Shown: positions 37,067 through 51,050, numbered from the stretch's first letter. The stretch is 64,000 bases of DNA from Malacoraja senta (GCA_038087875.1 CM075991.1:13332001-13396000), one strand, 5' to 3'. The notes: a model not told the origin generated them from the letters alone. Program-made: numbers and translations.

Positions 37067-38851
37067 CTGAAAGAAAATTGAGCATTGATTAGAATTCATT
37101 CAATTTAAAGGAAAAATTGCAACCAAATATCATCAAATTCGAAATAAGGACATGCACAATCTGACTAAGTTGTACCGCGGAGGATCGTAAGTGCCTTGGT
37201 CCAAGCCATTTTGATTGAGAACCTACCAACAAAAGTGTTTTGTATTTTGTCAAAAGATTTCCCTTCAGCTGGTAATCTACAAGCTTCAAGTCATTCTGGC
37301 AGAAAATGATTACCAATACCGCAAAAAACACAAAATAACGTCACATAACTGGTAAACAATTCACCATTCAGCTCTTGCAATATAATGCCAAACCCTCTGC
37401 CCACAGACAAACTTTTTTTCCCAAACCTTATTTCCCCCTCAGTCAAATAAATGCCACAGCTTTGTTGCAAAGGGACAGTTTTATTGATATACACCAAATA
37501 AAAGGCATTCCGATTTGCACAAGAGCAGCAGCAAAATTTAAATATCAACCAAGTGCATTAGGACCCAACCCAGCAAGTGGAGTGCCCACATGGCTGGCAG
37601 AACACACAGAATAACTGCTTCCAAACAATTTTCAATGTACAAATTCCACCTTTAAAACACACCAACTTTGTCCCATTTTTGCTGATAAAGAAAAGGTTCT
37701 CTACAAGGCACTAATGGCAGTTCTTTTTGCAGAGTATGGGGCATTTGGTGGAACAAAGAGGAAAATAAAAATGAGCCACAAGAGCGTACAGCATGCCACC
37801 TGCTATCAACGGTACTCAAAAATCAAGGGCTCGTTTGTTGAACTGTGGCACGTGTCTCAAATTTGGCAAGAAACAGTTGACTCAAGTCTCCAAGAAAATA
37901 ACCGTGCTCTTTCCTTTAAGGCCAAGTTCATTTTCAAATTTGAGCTCTGCATACATATCCAAAGATAACAAAATCTGCTACTCAACTTGCTACTGCTCTG
38001 TCACTCTGAAATCTAAACCTGGCAAAAGCAAGTTGGTTTCTGATTTTATCCCTCCATTCATAACAAAGGTCAGTAGACAACTAATCAGATGAGTATACTC
38101 AGAAACAAACTCCCCAGAACATTTTTAAGAACAATTTCAGACACATTAGTTATCCCTTATTTAATAATGTTAGCAAATGTTAATTTGTTTTCATTGAGAC
38201 TAGGTGTCCACGGATCAAAAATGGACCCACAATGCAACAGGTACTTGGACCGTTTCCAGACCAAATACCACATTAATTTTATCTTCAATAAAACACACAA
38301 CACTCATAAAGAAAAATTTAATGAAGTAAATTTAGTTTAAATAGTGAAAAAAATAAAATGAACAAATACTTGCAACATGATTCTTAACAAACAAGCTTGT
38401 TAAGGTTCAGTGCAAGCCATGTACACACTTCAGTGTAAGCCATGTACACACTGTTTCCATAACCCTGTTTACAAACAAACTTCAATAATCACTGAGAAAG
38501 CAGATTTCACTGCTGATTAATTCAACTCGCTCCACCAGCGTCACCCTTCGTCCCAGGACTGGAACTGGGTGGAGAAATAAACCACAGAATTAATACAGGA
38601 AGAGCTGGACTAGTTTAAAAATACAGCATACGAATTGGCTAAATCCAAGAGTAATCCTTAATGCATACAGAATGATTAATATTATCGATTCTGCAAAGGT
38701 GCAAGAAACAAAGTGATCTGTGCACCTTTGAGAAAATAGCCTTAATCCCCAGATATATGGGGGCAAGCTGTGGAATCATACACGGGGAGAACTGGTAGGG
38801 GATTTTGGAATCTCGCCACGAGCCTGCCAGCCAACCACATCAAGTCTTTAC

Positions 38852-38945
38852 CTGCTCCCTGCACTCTTCTTGCTTTTGCTTTTTCTTTTGCTGCCAGAGT
38901 CCTCGCTTCTGTCGGGCAGGAGTGCTGCATAACCATGCTCAGCCT
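38852..38945 (-). CDS. MXD1: MXD1 exon 2, 94 nt
   Basis: Acceptor tcttgccctgtacag; (E)AEHGYAALLPDRSEDSGSKRKSKSKKSAGS(R); donor GTAAAG; phases 1->2. Confidence 0.95.
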
Positions 38946-40040
38946 CTGTACAGGGCAAGAGAACAACTCAGGCAGAGTGACGGCACACTACCCTCACCCA
39001 CTCCAACTCCTTCTCTCTACACACCTCTAGTCCCAGCTCTCCATTACACCAATGTATCTTATCTCTCCCCACAGCTGACATTTCCCCATCCCCATTGACA
39101 GTGCTCGCCCTCAACTCCCTCTTGCTCAGGAAAAAATATACATTTGCTATAGATAGCCATAAAGATTCACCAGTTTGGCTCCTAGGCTGACAGGTGTGTC
39201 ATACTTTGAGAGACTAGAGCATAGATGCCGAGCCTTCACAGGTGAAGAGGTGTCATCGAAACACATGACATTCCTAAAATGCCCAAGGTGTAAATACAGG
39301 AATTATGTCCTTTGGTCCAGAAGTACAGAGCTAGGGGCCATGGAGTCAAAATAGAGGTTGACTATTTTGGACTGATATGTGTAGAATGTCTTTACTCAAA
39401 AAGGATGATAAATCTTTGGCATGGTCTATCTAGGGGTCTCTAAAGGCTGTACAATGTTTTCAAAATAGAGATCAATAGACTGTTAGACTATGTTGGAATT
39501 AAAGGATATGGAGACAGTGTAGGAAACCTGTAAATGATAGATTGGGCTAGGGTGGAGGGTTGGCAAACTGGCCTATTCCTGTTTATATTCTTATTGTCTC
39601 GCTCCACACTACTTCCAACTCCACAGCTGGACATTCCTACACTCCTCTCCATTCTACTCACTTTTGATCAGCACAATCCCCACGCCTTCCTCCCCAATTA
39701 CACCCCCACACTCAACCATTCCAACTCTTGCCCACCCCATTCTTGCCCCTTTCCCCTCCTCCCCACTCATAATTGCACCCAACTCTCTGCCATTCACCAA
39801 CTCTCACCCTTTCCATTATTTGCCCCCTCTCCGCCCCCCAATGTCTCCACTCTCAATCAAGCCCCCCCCAAACTCTAACCCGCTCCATTACCTTCCCCAT
39901 TCCCTCAATTGCCTCCTCCTCATGCGTTCCTCTGACTCTCGACCACCCCACCCTTCGGCGTAGTTGCCTACTGCCCCCCTCGCCCATCACCCCCTGCCCC
40001 CCTCCCCACCCCACAGTGCCCGGCCGCCGGGTTTGTTTAC

Positions 40041-40113
40041 CTCGCTCCCGCCGCTCTAAGTAGTGCGCGGCCTCGATCAGCCGCTCGATGTTGATGAGCT
40101 GCACGGCGGTCAT
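40041..40113 (-). CDS. MXD1: MAX dimerization protein 1, coding exon 1 (Sin3-interaction domain), 73 nt
   Basis: ATG at 40113 in ACCATGA context; translates MTAVQLINIERLIEAAHYLERRER+G, then donor GTAAAC at 40040. Matches the MAD-family SID. Confidence 0.95.
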
Positions 40114-40152
40114 GGTGCGCGGCAGTCGGTGCGACTGTTGCCCGTGTTTATC

Positions 40153-40824
40153 CCCGTCCACCACTGTCTACCCCAATGCCCCCGTCCACCACTGTCTACC
40201 CCAGTGCCCGCGTCCACCACTGTCTACCCCAATGCCCGCGTCCACCACTGTCTACCCCGGTGCCCCCGTCCACCACTGTCTACCCCGGTGCCCTCGTCCA
40301 CCACTGTCTACCCCGGTGCCCCCGTCCACCACTGTCTACCCCGGTGCCCTCGTCCACCACTGTCTACCCCGGTGCCCCCGTCCACCAGTGTCTACCCCAA
40401 TGCGCGCGTCCACCACTGTCTACCCCGGTGCCCCCGTCCACCACTGTCTACCCCGGTGCCCTCGTCCACCACTGTCTACCCCGGTGCCCCCGTCCACCAC
40501 TGTCTACCCCGGTGCCCCCGTCCACCAGTGTCTACCCCGGTGCCCCCGTCCACCACTGTCTACCCCGGTGCCCCCGTCCACCACTGTCTACCCCGGTGCC
40601 CCCGTCCACCACTGTCTACCCCGGTGCCCTCGTCCACCAGTGTCTACCCCGGTGCCCCCGTCCACCACTGTCTACCCCGGTGCCCCCGTCCACCACTGTC
40701 TACCCCGGTGCCCCCGTCCACCACTGTCTACCCCGGTGCCCCCGTCCACCAGTGTCTACCCCGGTGCCCCCGTCCACCACTGTCTACCCCGGTGCCCCCG
40801 TCCACCACTGTCTACCCCGGTGCC
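40153..40824. repeat. Minisatellite, 24 x 28 bp, between the MXD1 promoter and ATG
   Basis: Unit CCCGTCCACCACTGTCTACCCCGGTGCC; 672 bp = 24 units with no indels. Confidence 0.97.
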
Positions 40825-40849
40825 AGCTGCCCGGGACGACTGAACTGAA

Positions 40850-41200
40850 GGAGTCGCGGCCGCGCGCCCAGACCGGCCCCCGCCCCGCCCCCACCCCCAG
40901 GCCATTGGCTGTGCCCCGCCCTCACCCACTGCCCATTGGTCACGCTACGCCCTGGTCCCGCCCCCTCCCGCTGCTCATTGGCCAGTCGGGCTGCCCGTCA
41001 CTAGTCACGTGGCACCGCCCGCGCGAGACTTTTTCAAAACAAGAGGGCTGGTCCCACCCCTTGCTGTGATTGGCCGTTCCCGCCCCCACCCGCTGCCGAT
41101 TGGCCGGCCCGACTGTCCGTCAACGCGGACCACGTGCTGCGGCCGTTGGCCATGACGTAATGCTGCTCGCTGTCAGAGCGAGTGATGTGTGACATGCGCA
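40850..41200 (-). promoter_or_regulatory. MXD1 CpG-rich TATA-less promoter
   Basis: Five co-oriented CCAAT boxes (ATTGG on + at 40904, 40935, 40977, 41069, 41099), several GC boxes, CACGTG at 41006 and 41131, CRE-like TGACGTAA at 41153, and Inr-like TCAGTT on - near 40847. Confidence 0.75.
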
Positions 41201-42995
41201 GTGAAACGCTCCTGGCCAGCCCGCCCCCCCCACACACAGAGACTTGGTGCAGGAGTAGGCCATTCAGCCCTTCCAGCCAGCACCACCAATGGCTGATCAT
41301 CCACAATCAGTACCCCGTCCCTGCTTTTTCCCCATATCCCTTGATTCCAATAACCCTAAGAGCTAAATCTAAATCTCTTGAAAACATTCAGTGAATTGGC
41401 CTCCACTGCCTTCTGTGGGAGAGAATTCCAGATTCACAACTCTCTGGGTGGAAAAGTTTTTCCTCAACTTCGTCCTAAATGGCCGACCCCTTATTCTTAA
41501 ACTGTGACCCCTGGTTCTGGACTTCCCCAACATAGGGAACATTTTTCCTGCATCTAGACTTTCCAATCCTCTAAGAATTTTATGTCAAAATAAAGGGCTG
41601 CCTGCTGCTTCAGGCAGGAATAAAGAACTTCTCATTGAGGATGGCCATACTTCAGAATTCTGCCCCAGAGAGTTCATAGAATATGTTCAAGGCAAAGATC
41701 GAAAGATTTTAAATTCTAAGTATTAAACTATGGCCAAATACAGGCAGGCGAGACTAGTGTAGATGTGGCATCTTGTTCAGTGTAGCCAAGTTAGGCCACA
41801 GGACCTGTTGTTGTGTGGTATCACTACGGATATAAGTCCAGAAGGAAGAGAGTGGGGAAATAGTGTTGAGTGCATGATTGGATCAGTTAGATCCAAACCG
41901 ACCAAAGGAACAGCAGGCTGGAAGGATTGGCTGGCTGCTTCTTGCGAAAATGGTTACGGCAAGGGAGGCATGTCCATCCAGTATATACTCCTCTGCAGCT
42001 AGTCACACTCCCTTATCCTCTTTTTGCAGCTCTACTAATTACTTGTCAGCTCCCTTTGGAATACTACAATCCACCTCCACAACCGATCCTGGCAGTGCAT
42101 TCAAGTCCTTAACCACTCACTGTGTAAAATAATTTCCTTTGTGTTGCTTATGTCAAACACCTTCAATTTGTACTCAACGTTTGAACGCCTCTGACAAAGG
42201 GGAAGGAATCGCTCTGTGGTTGCCCATACCTGTCAATATTTTAAACAATCCTCTTGAATCGATTCCCTCACAATCTTCCCTGTAACAAGAGCACAACGCC
42301 AGCTTCTCCATTCCGTCCATAGTCACTCATCGCTGAAACAATTTTGATAAATCTCCTCTACAAACTCTGGAAAGCCTTTGGAACTTCTCCAAATTATGAG
42401 TAGAGTTCCAGTTGTGGTTGAACCCAGTATTTTATACACAACCCAAATGACTTTCTTGCTCTTGGACTCTGTGAACCCAGGACCCTGCAACAAATTTGTT
42501 ATCACTTGCTTATTATGCCTAGCCACCATCTAGAATTATGCACACATATCCACAGTTAGCTTCCTTTGAGAATATGCTTTTGTTTAAACTGCTTTTTCTC
42601 ATTCTTCCAACTTCAATGTTACATAAAATTAAATCTGCCATCTATCAGCACAATCCATTCCCCTGCCTTTTATTTTTTACTATTAATGTCATGATTTTCC
42701 CATGATCAAAAGCAATTGTTTATGCAATAAAGGGGATGAGGGCAGTCACACAAGAATGAGGAACATATAGGGTTGTGAATGGTTGTTTCAAAAGTCAGCC
42801 CAGAAACATACCAATCAGAAGACCACTCAGTAAGATTGTAATTGTAACCTCGGCTCTGCATTCCCATCTAGCCACAGTAACCGTACAACACCAGCTCTAA
42901 CATCCCCGCCCGCCCCCAAACACAAGAGGCCAAATGCCCTTTGTCTATCCTGCAAGTATCTGATTTGTACTGAAACAACTGCTGATAAGAAGTTT

Positions 42996-43177
42996 TTAAG
43001 AAGGAACTGCAGATGCTGGAAAATTGAAGGTAGACAAAAATGCTGGAGAAACTCAGCGGGTGAGGCAGCATCTATGGAGCGAAGGAAATAGGCAACCCAT
43101 CAACAAATAGTCACCTATTTCCTTCGCTCCATAGATGCTGCCTCACCCGCTGAGCTTCTCTAGCATTTTTGTCTACC
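42996..43177. mobile_element. Foldback Penelope-derived short insertion with 15-bp flanking direct repeat
   Basis: Inverted arms of about 65 bp; GCTGATAAGAAGTTT at 42981-42995 and 43178-43192. Confidence 0.75.
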
Positions 43178-43505
43178 GCTGATAAGAAGTTTGTTCAGTT
43201 GTCTCTCATTCAAGCTATGAGCATTTCACATTTCCAGCAGCAGAGGCTAGCAATTCATAACAGATTTCCTGTTTGAGACATGCTTCCCCTGTGAAATGGA
43301 GTCCAGAGACTATGAGGATAGGTTGAAACCTTTTAAACTTCTGTTTATAGTGTCCAAGATCGAATGATAGGAAAGTTGCTGAAGATTCTGAGGGACAGAA
43401 TTTATAATCACCAGGAAAAACAGGGAAGCTAATGAATGGTAAATACCTCAAACATTGACTTGCACCAACATCTACACACAACACACCTTAGTGCAAGCAC
43501 TGAAT

Positions 43506-43511
43506 TTTATT
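43506..43511 (-). terminator. likely SNRNP27 poly(A) signal AATAAA
   Basis: AATAAA on - about 765 nt after the stop, followed by GT-rich sequence (ggtgtgttgtgtgt). Confidence 0.6.
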
Positions 43512-44275
43512 TAGTTTACAAAGCTATTGGTTTCTATTTTAGTTGCGCTTTGCTTGATACCATCATCTACTATGTCGCAAATAGGGATTTTTGATAAGTA
43601 AAACGTGGAATACATACATACATAATGGGTCACTGAGATGTCAAAAATGTGTCAGTTAAACTGAAGGCTATGTCTGGCATCTGCATTTGTAACAAACCCC
43701 TGTACATTTAACTCAATTTGCAAGATGCTCGTTATTGATACAAACCAAAGAAATAGTCAGTAAAAGGAATCTTTTATCCGGTAATGCAGAAGTGGAACGC
43801 AGTTAGCAGTAGATATTAATGTGACCATACCTACAAACCCATTAGAGTCAGTGTTCGACGTGTTCACAATTTACATTTGTTAAGTCTAAATTGGATGTTC
43901 ACTAATAATAACGAAAATATTCTGAACAAGATTCTTTTTGTTTTAAGGTGGAAGCTTTCATAACTTCAATACTATCATAATAAAAAACATGATGTAGAAA
44001 ATCTGAAATAAAAAGTACAGTTCAAGGACAAACAGATCAATGCTGAAGTTGTAGACTCTATAAATGAACAGTTCTGATTTCTATAATGAATTTGGAGAGA
44101 ATCTTGTCAAAATTGAACTGACGTGTGAAAACCGTGCCTACAACTAGTGCTTTACACTGATGTGCAAAAAAATATTATGCTTAGGAATTATAGCATAAGA
44201 TGAAGGATAACTGCTGTTGTGACTTCTGTGTTAATAACTTCACGTCATCATCAGGCAGTCCAGCCCGAAAATAGG

Positions 44276-44330
44276 TTATGCAATGAAATCCAGAGGTCTG
44301 TTAAATCCACCCTTTCTGTTCATGTACTGT
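44276..44330 (-). CDS. SNRNP27: SNRNP27 exon 6 coding part, 55 nt, TAA stop
   Basis: tcacacag|A CAG TAC...; QYMNRKGGFNRPLDFIA*, the conserved SNRNP27 C-terminus. Exons sum to 438 nt = 145 aa + stop. Confidence 0.96.
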
Positions 44331-46287
44331 CTGTGTGAGAAAGAAAAGTAAGTTATTAAAAGTGACTATTGCAAACAAATTCTAATGGAAATTACTCTAT
44401 TTGAAATAACAGTGGCAATTTGTGTTTACATGCATTATAATAATGACATATAGTATTTCAAATAGTTAAATTTGTTATGTCTCTGGACCTCATGCCTGGA
44501 GATGTTCCGTGATGCTTTCTTTGCAGAAGATCACTTCCAGCTGAATAAAAAGGTTTTAATGAACACATTTGCTTGCACAAGGTCATGGTTTATTAATAAT
44601 ACTCAATAGTGACTAAGATAGGAAGCAAATATAGGGTCTCAGAGACATGTTAAACCTCTGACATGACATCAATACCACAAGGACAGCTTTTCTAATTTAC
44701 ACAATGAAGGTTTCCACTGGAGCTTGTTTACCACTGGCCACTACATAAGATGCGCCAGTAGCTCAAAGTAGTTGAGGGACCTAGTTAGAGAAGACATTCC
44801 CTCTTGCGGGAAAATCTAGAACTAGATGCCACTATTCCAAAATAAGGATGTCTGTTGTAGCCTATTCACAGCGAGAAGAAAGTCTTATTTCTTTAAAATT
44901 ATAATGACTTTTTATGCAGTTTAGAATTTACTTTCTAAATTGTGCCGTAAAGACATGAAGAGCATTTAATTAGGAATCAGGAGCAGGATAAGCCATTTGA
45001 CCTCTGGATTCTTTACCATCATTCATGACCATAGTGGCTCATCTGATTGCAAGTTCAACTCAGCAATATTTGAATCGTATCATATTATTTGAAATAACTT
45101 AATTTGACATAACTTAAATTTCCTATATGTAACAATATTTGAAATAAGCTCTCTTTGGTGTCCAGGATAATCTGCAGCGTGACTCATATTCTGATAGCCC
45201 TAAGCTATTCCATCGTCTACAAAGCACCAGTTAGCAGTGTGATAGAATACTCTCCACTTGTCTGCACAATACATGGTTGATGTCATTAAGGTGAAAGCAT
45301 CCAAGTTGGTTGGCATCTACACATTAATGTCTCTCCCATCAGTGCACAGGCTGCAGTGAGTGCCATTTACAAAAAAGCACAGTAGTTCAGACTATTCTAA
45401 CAGCACCACCCAAAATCACAACCTTTACCACCAAGACCTCTATTTAACATTGGATTGGAAAACTGCAAATGTAATGTAGTTGTTGCAGAATGGAGGGTGA
45501 CAGAAAGGAGGAAATTAAAGGCCAGTTTGTGCAATATATGTCACTTGAAAAATGCTAGAATCATTTAAGCGAGACATTTGGAAAATTGTTAGTCAAACGG
45601 GTTAGTGCGCTTTTATAAAAATAAATTTGATTTGACCAATTTAGGTTCTTGAGGATACAGCAGAAAGGGTGGGTACAGGGTAACCAAAAGTTGCAGCTGC
45701 AGTTCTCGGAATGCAGAAACTGCAGATGTTGATTTACAAATAAAGACAAAGTGCTGGAGTAACAGACTGACTGTCCCCCTGATTAAATGTTTTCTCCGTA
45801 TGCTTCGTTGTCATCCTCTCCTAGCTAACAATGATCTATTCTACAATTTCCTTGTTCTACATTTTCCTTGTCACACCTTACAATTCCTTATCTCTGTGTC
45901 TCCCTCTCCCCTGACTCAGTCTGCAGAAGGGTCTCGACCTGAAACGTCACCCATTCCTTCTATCCTGAGATGCTGCCTGTCCCACTGAGTTACTCCAGCA
46001 TTCTGTGTCTATCTTTGCTGGAGTAACTCCGCAGGTCAGGCAGCATCTCTGAAGAACATGGAGAATTCCTTACCAAATAACACATCTTAAAGACTGCAAC
46101 AGCTCAAAAAGCCTGCTTGCTGCCATCTTCGCAAACGCAATTACTGATGGGCAATAAATACCGACCTTGCAGGTTGCAAGAACCAATGTAACTAAGTGTT
46201 AAACTAGTGAACGGCAGTGGCATAGCTGGTAGAGGCGTTGCCTCAGTGAGGTTTCCATCCTCACCTCGGTTGCTGTCAGTGTGTGTT

Positions 46288-46319
<32 letters not shown>

Positions 46320-46891
46320 CACACACACACACACAGAATTTTTATTTTCTCGTTTATTATATTGTTTACAGAGTACTATGTTTAAATATTCTGTTGTGCA
46401 GCTACAAGTAAGAATCTAATTGTTCTGTCTAGGACCTATGTAACCAATAAAATACGTAGAAAGAAACTGCAGATGCTGGTTTAAACCGAAGATAAGACAC
46501 AAAATGCTGGCTGGTTTATACCGAAGATAGACACAAAATGCTGGCTGGTTTAAATAGAAGATAGACACAAAATGCTGGCTGGTTTAAGCCAAAGATTTTG
46601 TGTCTATCTCTGACAATAAAATACTCTTGACCCTCTTGTATGTTCTCCCTGTCATTGTGCGGGCTTCCTCCGAGTGCTCCTGTTTCCTCCCACATCCCCA
46701 AAACATGCGAGTCTGTAGTTTAATTGTCCTCTGTAAAAATTGCCCCTCGTGTGTAAGGAGTGGATGAGAAACTGGGGCAACGCATAACTAGTGTGTGAAG
46801 GGATGATCGATGGTCGGCATGGACTCAGTGGGATGAAGGGCCCATTTCCATGCTGTATCTCTAAATTAAACTAAAGGTTCTGCATACTCAC

Positions 46892-46956
46892 CGATATTTC
46901 CTTTTCTGCTGTACGTTAACAGCATAAGCATTAACAGAACCATCCATTTTCTTTCC
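46892..46956 (-). CDS. SNRNP27: SNRNP27 exon 5, 65 nt
   Basis: gttttgcag|GGA AAG...; GKKMDGSVNAYAVNVQQKRKY(R); donor GTGAGT. Confidence 0.95.
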
Positions 46957-49424
46957 CTGCAAAACAAAATTCAGAATACAAATCAGACGAGCTTGCAAAC
47001 ATTGATTGTAATTTCAGCAAATAGAATGCATTACACTGAGCAAGATCCAACAGATTCAATTCCAACTCAACCTGTTCCAAAATAGCATCTCACGGTAATT
47101 GGAAATCATACCGCTGCAGATGCTAGAAATCTGATGAATGTTCTTTGACTTGAAACATTCTCATTCCACAGATGCTGCCTTACCTGCTGAGTCTTTCCAG
47201 CATTTCCAGTTTGTACTTTAGTGTTTTGCTGTCACGGACCACTGGAGCAGTACAGCTGGTTTGAAGAAAGGAAAAATGAACAATAGTGTGCAGCCTTATT
47301 ACTACGTAAGGAAAGGAGATTTTTTGTCGAGATTGGATTCCCTGTCACATGCTTCATTTTGGGGTGTATTGCGCATGTTTACTCGAGCAATACTAGTGGC
47401 TGCCAGCTGCATGACAAACGGGGAATTCCATTCATAGAAATTGTACGTTACATAATGGTACATATATGGTGCCTGCAGACAAGGACCGAATGGCCTACTC
47501 CTGCACCTATTTTCAATGTTTCTAAACAAGCTGACCCTATTGTATCATTAATTTTGCTAACCAGTCTTTTATTTCATCTGCACCAGCAACATAAATACTA
47601 GTCACAAGGGCGTCAGAAGCTTGGTATCTTGCAATGACTCCTCTCCTGACATCCTAATGCCTTACCTCATTCAAAAGGCACCAAGTCAACACTCAAGAAG
47701 TTTCATGCCATCCAAGACAAAGCAACCTGCTTGTTTAGAAGCCCATACATCATTCTAAACATTTATTTCCTCCACCATTCAATGCACTCAGAGAGCATTG
47801 TGTAGTCTACTGACTGCACTAGTTACTCACATTGACCTGTGAAACAGTACTTCCAAAACCCACAATCTCTTCCACCAACTAAACGGGTGGCAGAACAATG
47901 GAAACATCATCACCCGAAGATTCCATTACTAGTCACACACTACCCCGACTTGGAAATATGTCACAACACATTGTCACTGGGTTTAATTTCCAGAACTTCC
48001 AACCTGACAGCTTGGGGGAGCAACTTCACCAGAAGGACCACCACATTTTCATGGCCAATAAATGTTGGAATGCCAGCAATGTCTGCACCCAGAAAACTGA
48101 ATAAATGAGAAAGCAACTAATCCTTTCCTGCCTTCTTCTGTACCTCTGAAAATGTTTTAGCTGCTGTCTAAGCAGTATTATTCGAAAATCCCTTAATCAA
48201 AATCCCTTAAACATTTCCTCTGTTCCAATCAAAGCAGCTAACTTGTCTTCCCTCGTATCAGATTGCATCCAAGTGAATCAGTACAAACCTCCATGTTGTA
48301 ACATTCCTACTTTATAGTGTAAACCTACTACTCAAATAGGTCTGAACACAACAGCATTATATATTTACGTTTAATTTATTAGAAAACTATCCTGTTCTGG
48401 TCCACATATATTTAGATCAAGCCCACAGTTGGTCACTGAACAATGCCAATTTATTAATCACATAATCTTGATGCAGTATTCCTGACCAAGAAGACTACCA
48501 AGATAGGGCTAAAGTATGACACAGAGCAGAGAATCAGAAAAGAAACAAAGGAAAATTTTGATACAATTAGTTTACATAACTAAAATCATCTACTGTTGGA
48601 CAATACATAGAGGATTGGAGAATGGCAATATAGAAATATGGGACAATAAACACAAAAGGTTTGTCACTAGGACATATTGGTATTATCAACATGTACCAGA
48701 ATGTATATATTAATCGTTTAGGAATTGCAGGTAAAGTCATATTCATGCAGGTCAATAGGAAGGCAAATTGTGCTTATTGCTAGGGGAATGGACTACAAAC
48801 AGGCAGTTTTACTGTAATTACACAGAGCTTTGGTGAAGACATATGGTGTACAGTTTAGAGTTGTGTTTTTGTAACCAACGTTATAACAGTCTCGGGAGTT
48901 GGTCCACGTGGATCTGTGCTGGAATGATTCCTGGGGTGTGGGAGCTGTGCCATTAGAACAGACTGAGAAAGGTGGGGCCTCGACTCACTGGGTTTTGGAG
49001 CAATGAGCTATTTATGTGCAATTTAAGATTTTGAAAGGATAAGATGCTGCTTCCTCAGGCTGGAAAACCATGAGAAAAATGATGCACACTCTCTAGAGTT
49101 TGGTTATTTAATTCAGAGATCAAAATAAATTATTTTACTTAAAGTGAGTTTTTAGAATTCCCCACCCAAAAAGTTTGTGAACATTCAACAAATTTGAGGG
49201 CAAGATTGACAGACTTCTGGACGAACCTAAACGAATCAAGGGATCTAGGGGATCAGGTAGAAAAAAATCATCAGATTCTTATTACAGCTGGATCATGCTT
49301 AAGGGTATCTGATATTAACTTCCATTTCTGAAGTAATTCCATAGTATTCAGATTTTTAATAGGCAAGACAAATGTAGCAATGTAGATCAACATTCACTCA
49401 GCATCCATTGGACAAATAATCATA

Positions 49425-49680
49425 GAAACATAGAAACATAGAAAGTAGGTGCGAGAGTAGACCACCAGGCCCATCGAGCCCGCACCGCCATTCGCTCATG
49501 GCTGAACACTAAACAGACACCCTTACCCACAAACAGTAGACACAAGACACAGAACACAAGACACTACCCTCCCCTTTATATCGCTATCACCCCTCTCCAC
49601 CCCAAGAACCGCGTGATCTCCTGGGGGGAGGCAAAAAACCGGATAAAAACCCAGGTCCAATTCGGGAAAAAAATCCGGGA
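49425..49680 (-). mobile_element. 5'-truncated SINE with DeuSINE-like central domain and CR1-type tail
   Basis: Minus strand TTTTTTTCCCGAATTGGACCTGGGTTTTTATCCGGTTTTTTGCCTCCCCCCAGGAGATCAC resembles the Deu domain as I recall it; (TTTCTATG)n tail; flanked by AATCATA (49418-49424 / 49681-49687). Confidence 0.45.
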
Positions 49681-51050
49681 AATCATAATCTACATGTCAA
49701 TCATTCTTATAATGCACATACATAATGAGGCACCAATGCGATTACAAGATATCCTACGTCTCATCTCACAATGTCCAAAGATCCACAATTTTAGTATGAT
49801 TCAGTGAAAAGCGATTGGAAGTACCGACTCTAAAGAATGAACATGCATTCGTCTAGTGACTGTCACATTCTCAATGTCTTAAAGTGCTTTTACAGTGAAT
49901 ACGTAGTTTGGAATGCAATCGTTGTTGAAAATCTCTACAGCTAAACATAATTATTAAGCTCAAATTTTAGTATGCAGCAGCATTCAACCCAAATTAATTT
50001 ACCAGTTCAATTGTTAAACCTCTGGAAGGCCAAAGTTTTTTTTAATAGCCACATTAATCCATAAAATCCATGACAAACAAAACAAAATCAACCAAATGGA
50101 AATTACTTTCATGAAGCACCATTTATTTTGGCATGTTCTGAAGTGTTAAATATAAATACTATTAACAGAAGAGGGTTCAGAACATCATGTCTTCAATGTG
50201 GTTCAACACTATCCTGTAGTGGCTTAAAAATGTACACACATCATTAATTTGCTAACTCTGTACTGCAACTGGTTGGGTATTTTAACTGGATCAAGCTGCA
50301 TGCTAGCTGGAGCCTCCATAAAGAATCACTGCTTATCTGAACCTAGCTAGCCAGAATGTTCTGATTCCATGCCTGTGCAGTGCACCACAACAGACAAAGC
50401 AAAGAGATGTGCGGTGGCTCTTCTGTGTCCTGAAGTGTAGGCAATTTCATATCCAGCACATTCATTTGACTTCAATTCTACAAGCTTAAATTATGGCGAG
50501 TTGTCTATTACAGCAAGTATTTATCAAACTCCACAAGTCAATATAAATAAGATCGATCAACATTCCCCACTATTATATCAAGTTGCTCAGGAACACTGTA
50601 CACATTAATGTCCTGATAATAGGCAATGTGTGGAATTTGTTCCTCTTACTTTTCATAATATGGATACTTTGCCAATTTGAAGGGATGTTTTTCCAACTGA
50701 GAGAACTGCACAACCAGGAACTGTAATGTTGTCACCACCTTCCTGCCAAATCCTGCAGTGGAAGTCAAATGCTCCTGGTTCTGTCAGATTAGTTTTTGTT
50801 CATTATTGTCATTTTGCTTATGTTAATTTGCCAAGTTCTTGTTCGTGATTCAATATCAGTTTATTTTAAAATATCTGGGAATGTAATTATATTTGTCAGT
50901 GAAGTGACTTTGCAATGGCAGTGCCTAGTTCATCAAGACCTGATCCAGATGGCATCCAACTACTGCAACTCATTTCCTTTTAAACAGACATAATCCAAGC
51001 TAAACATATTTTTGTCCAAAAATGAATTACTCTTAACTATCCGCACTTAC

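Noticed and set aside
39853..40164. 103-aa ORF as a single-exon gene or N-terminally extended MXD1
   Set aside because: It begins at a GTG in the repeat and reads through the exon-1 donor; homology covers only 40113-40041.
40063..41069. Long Pro/Cys-rich + strand ORFs (251-297 aa)
   Set aside because: Products of a 28-bp repeat that lacks stops on +; antisense to MXD1 and no domain.
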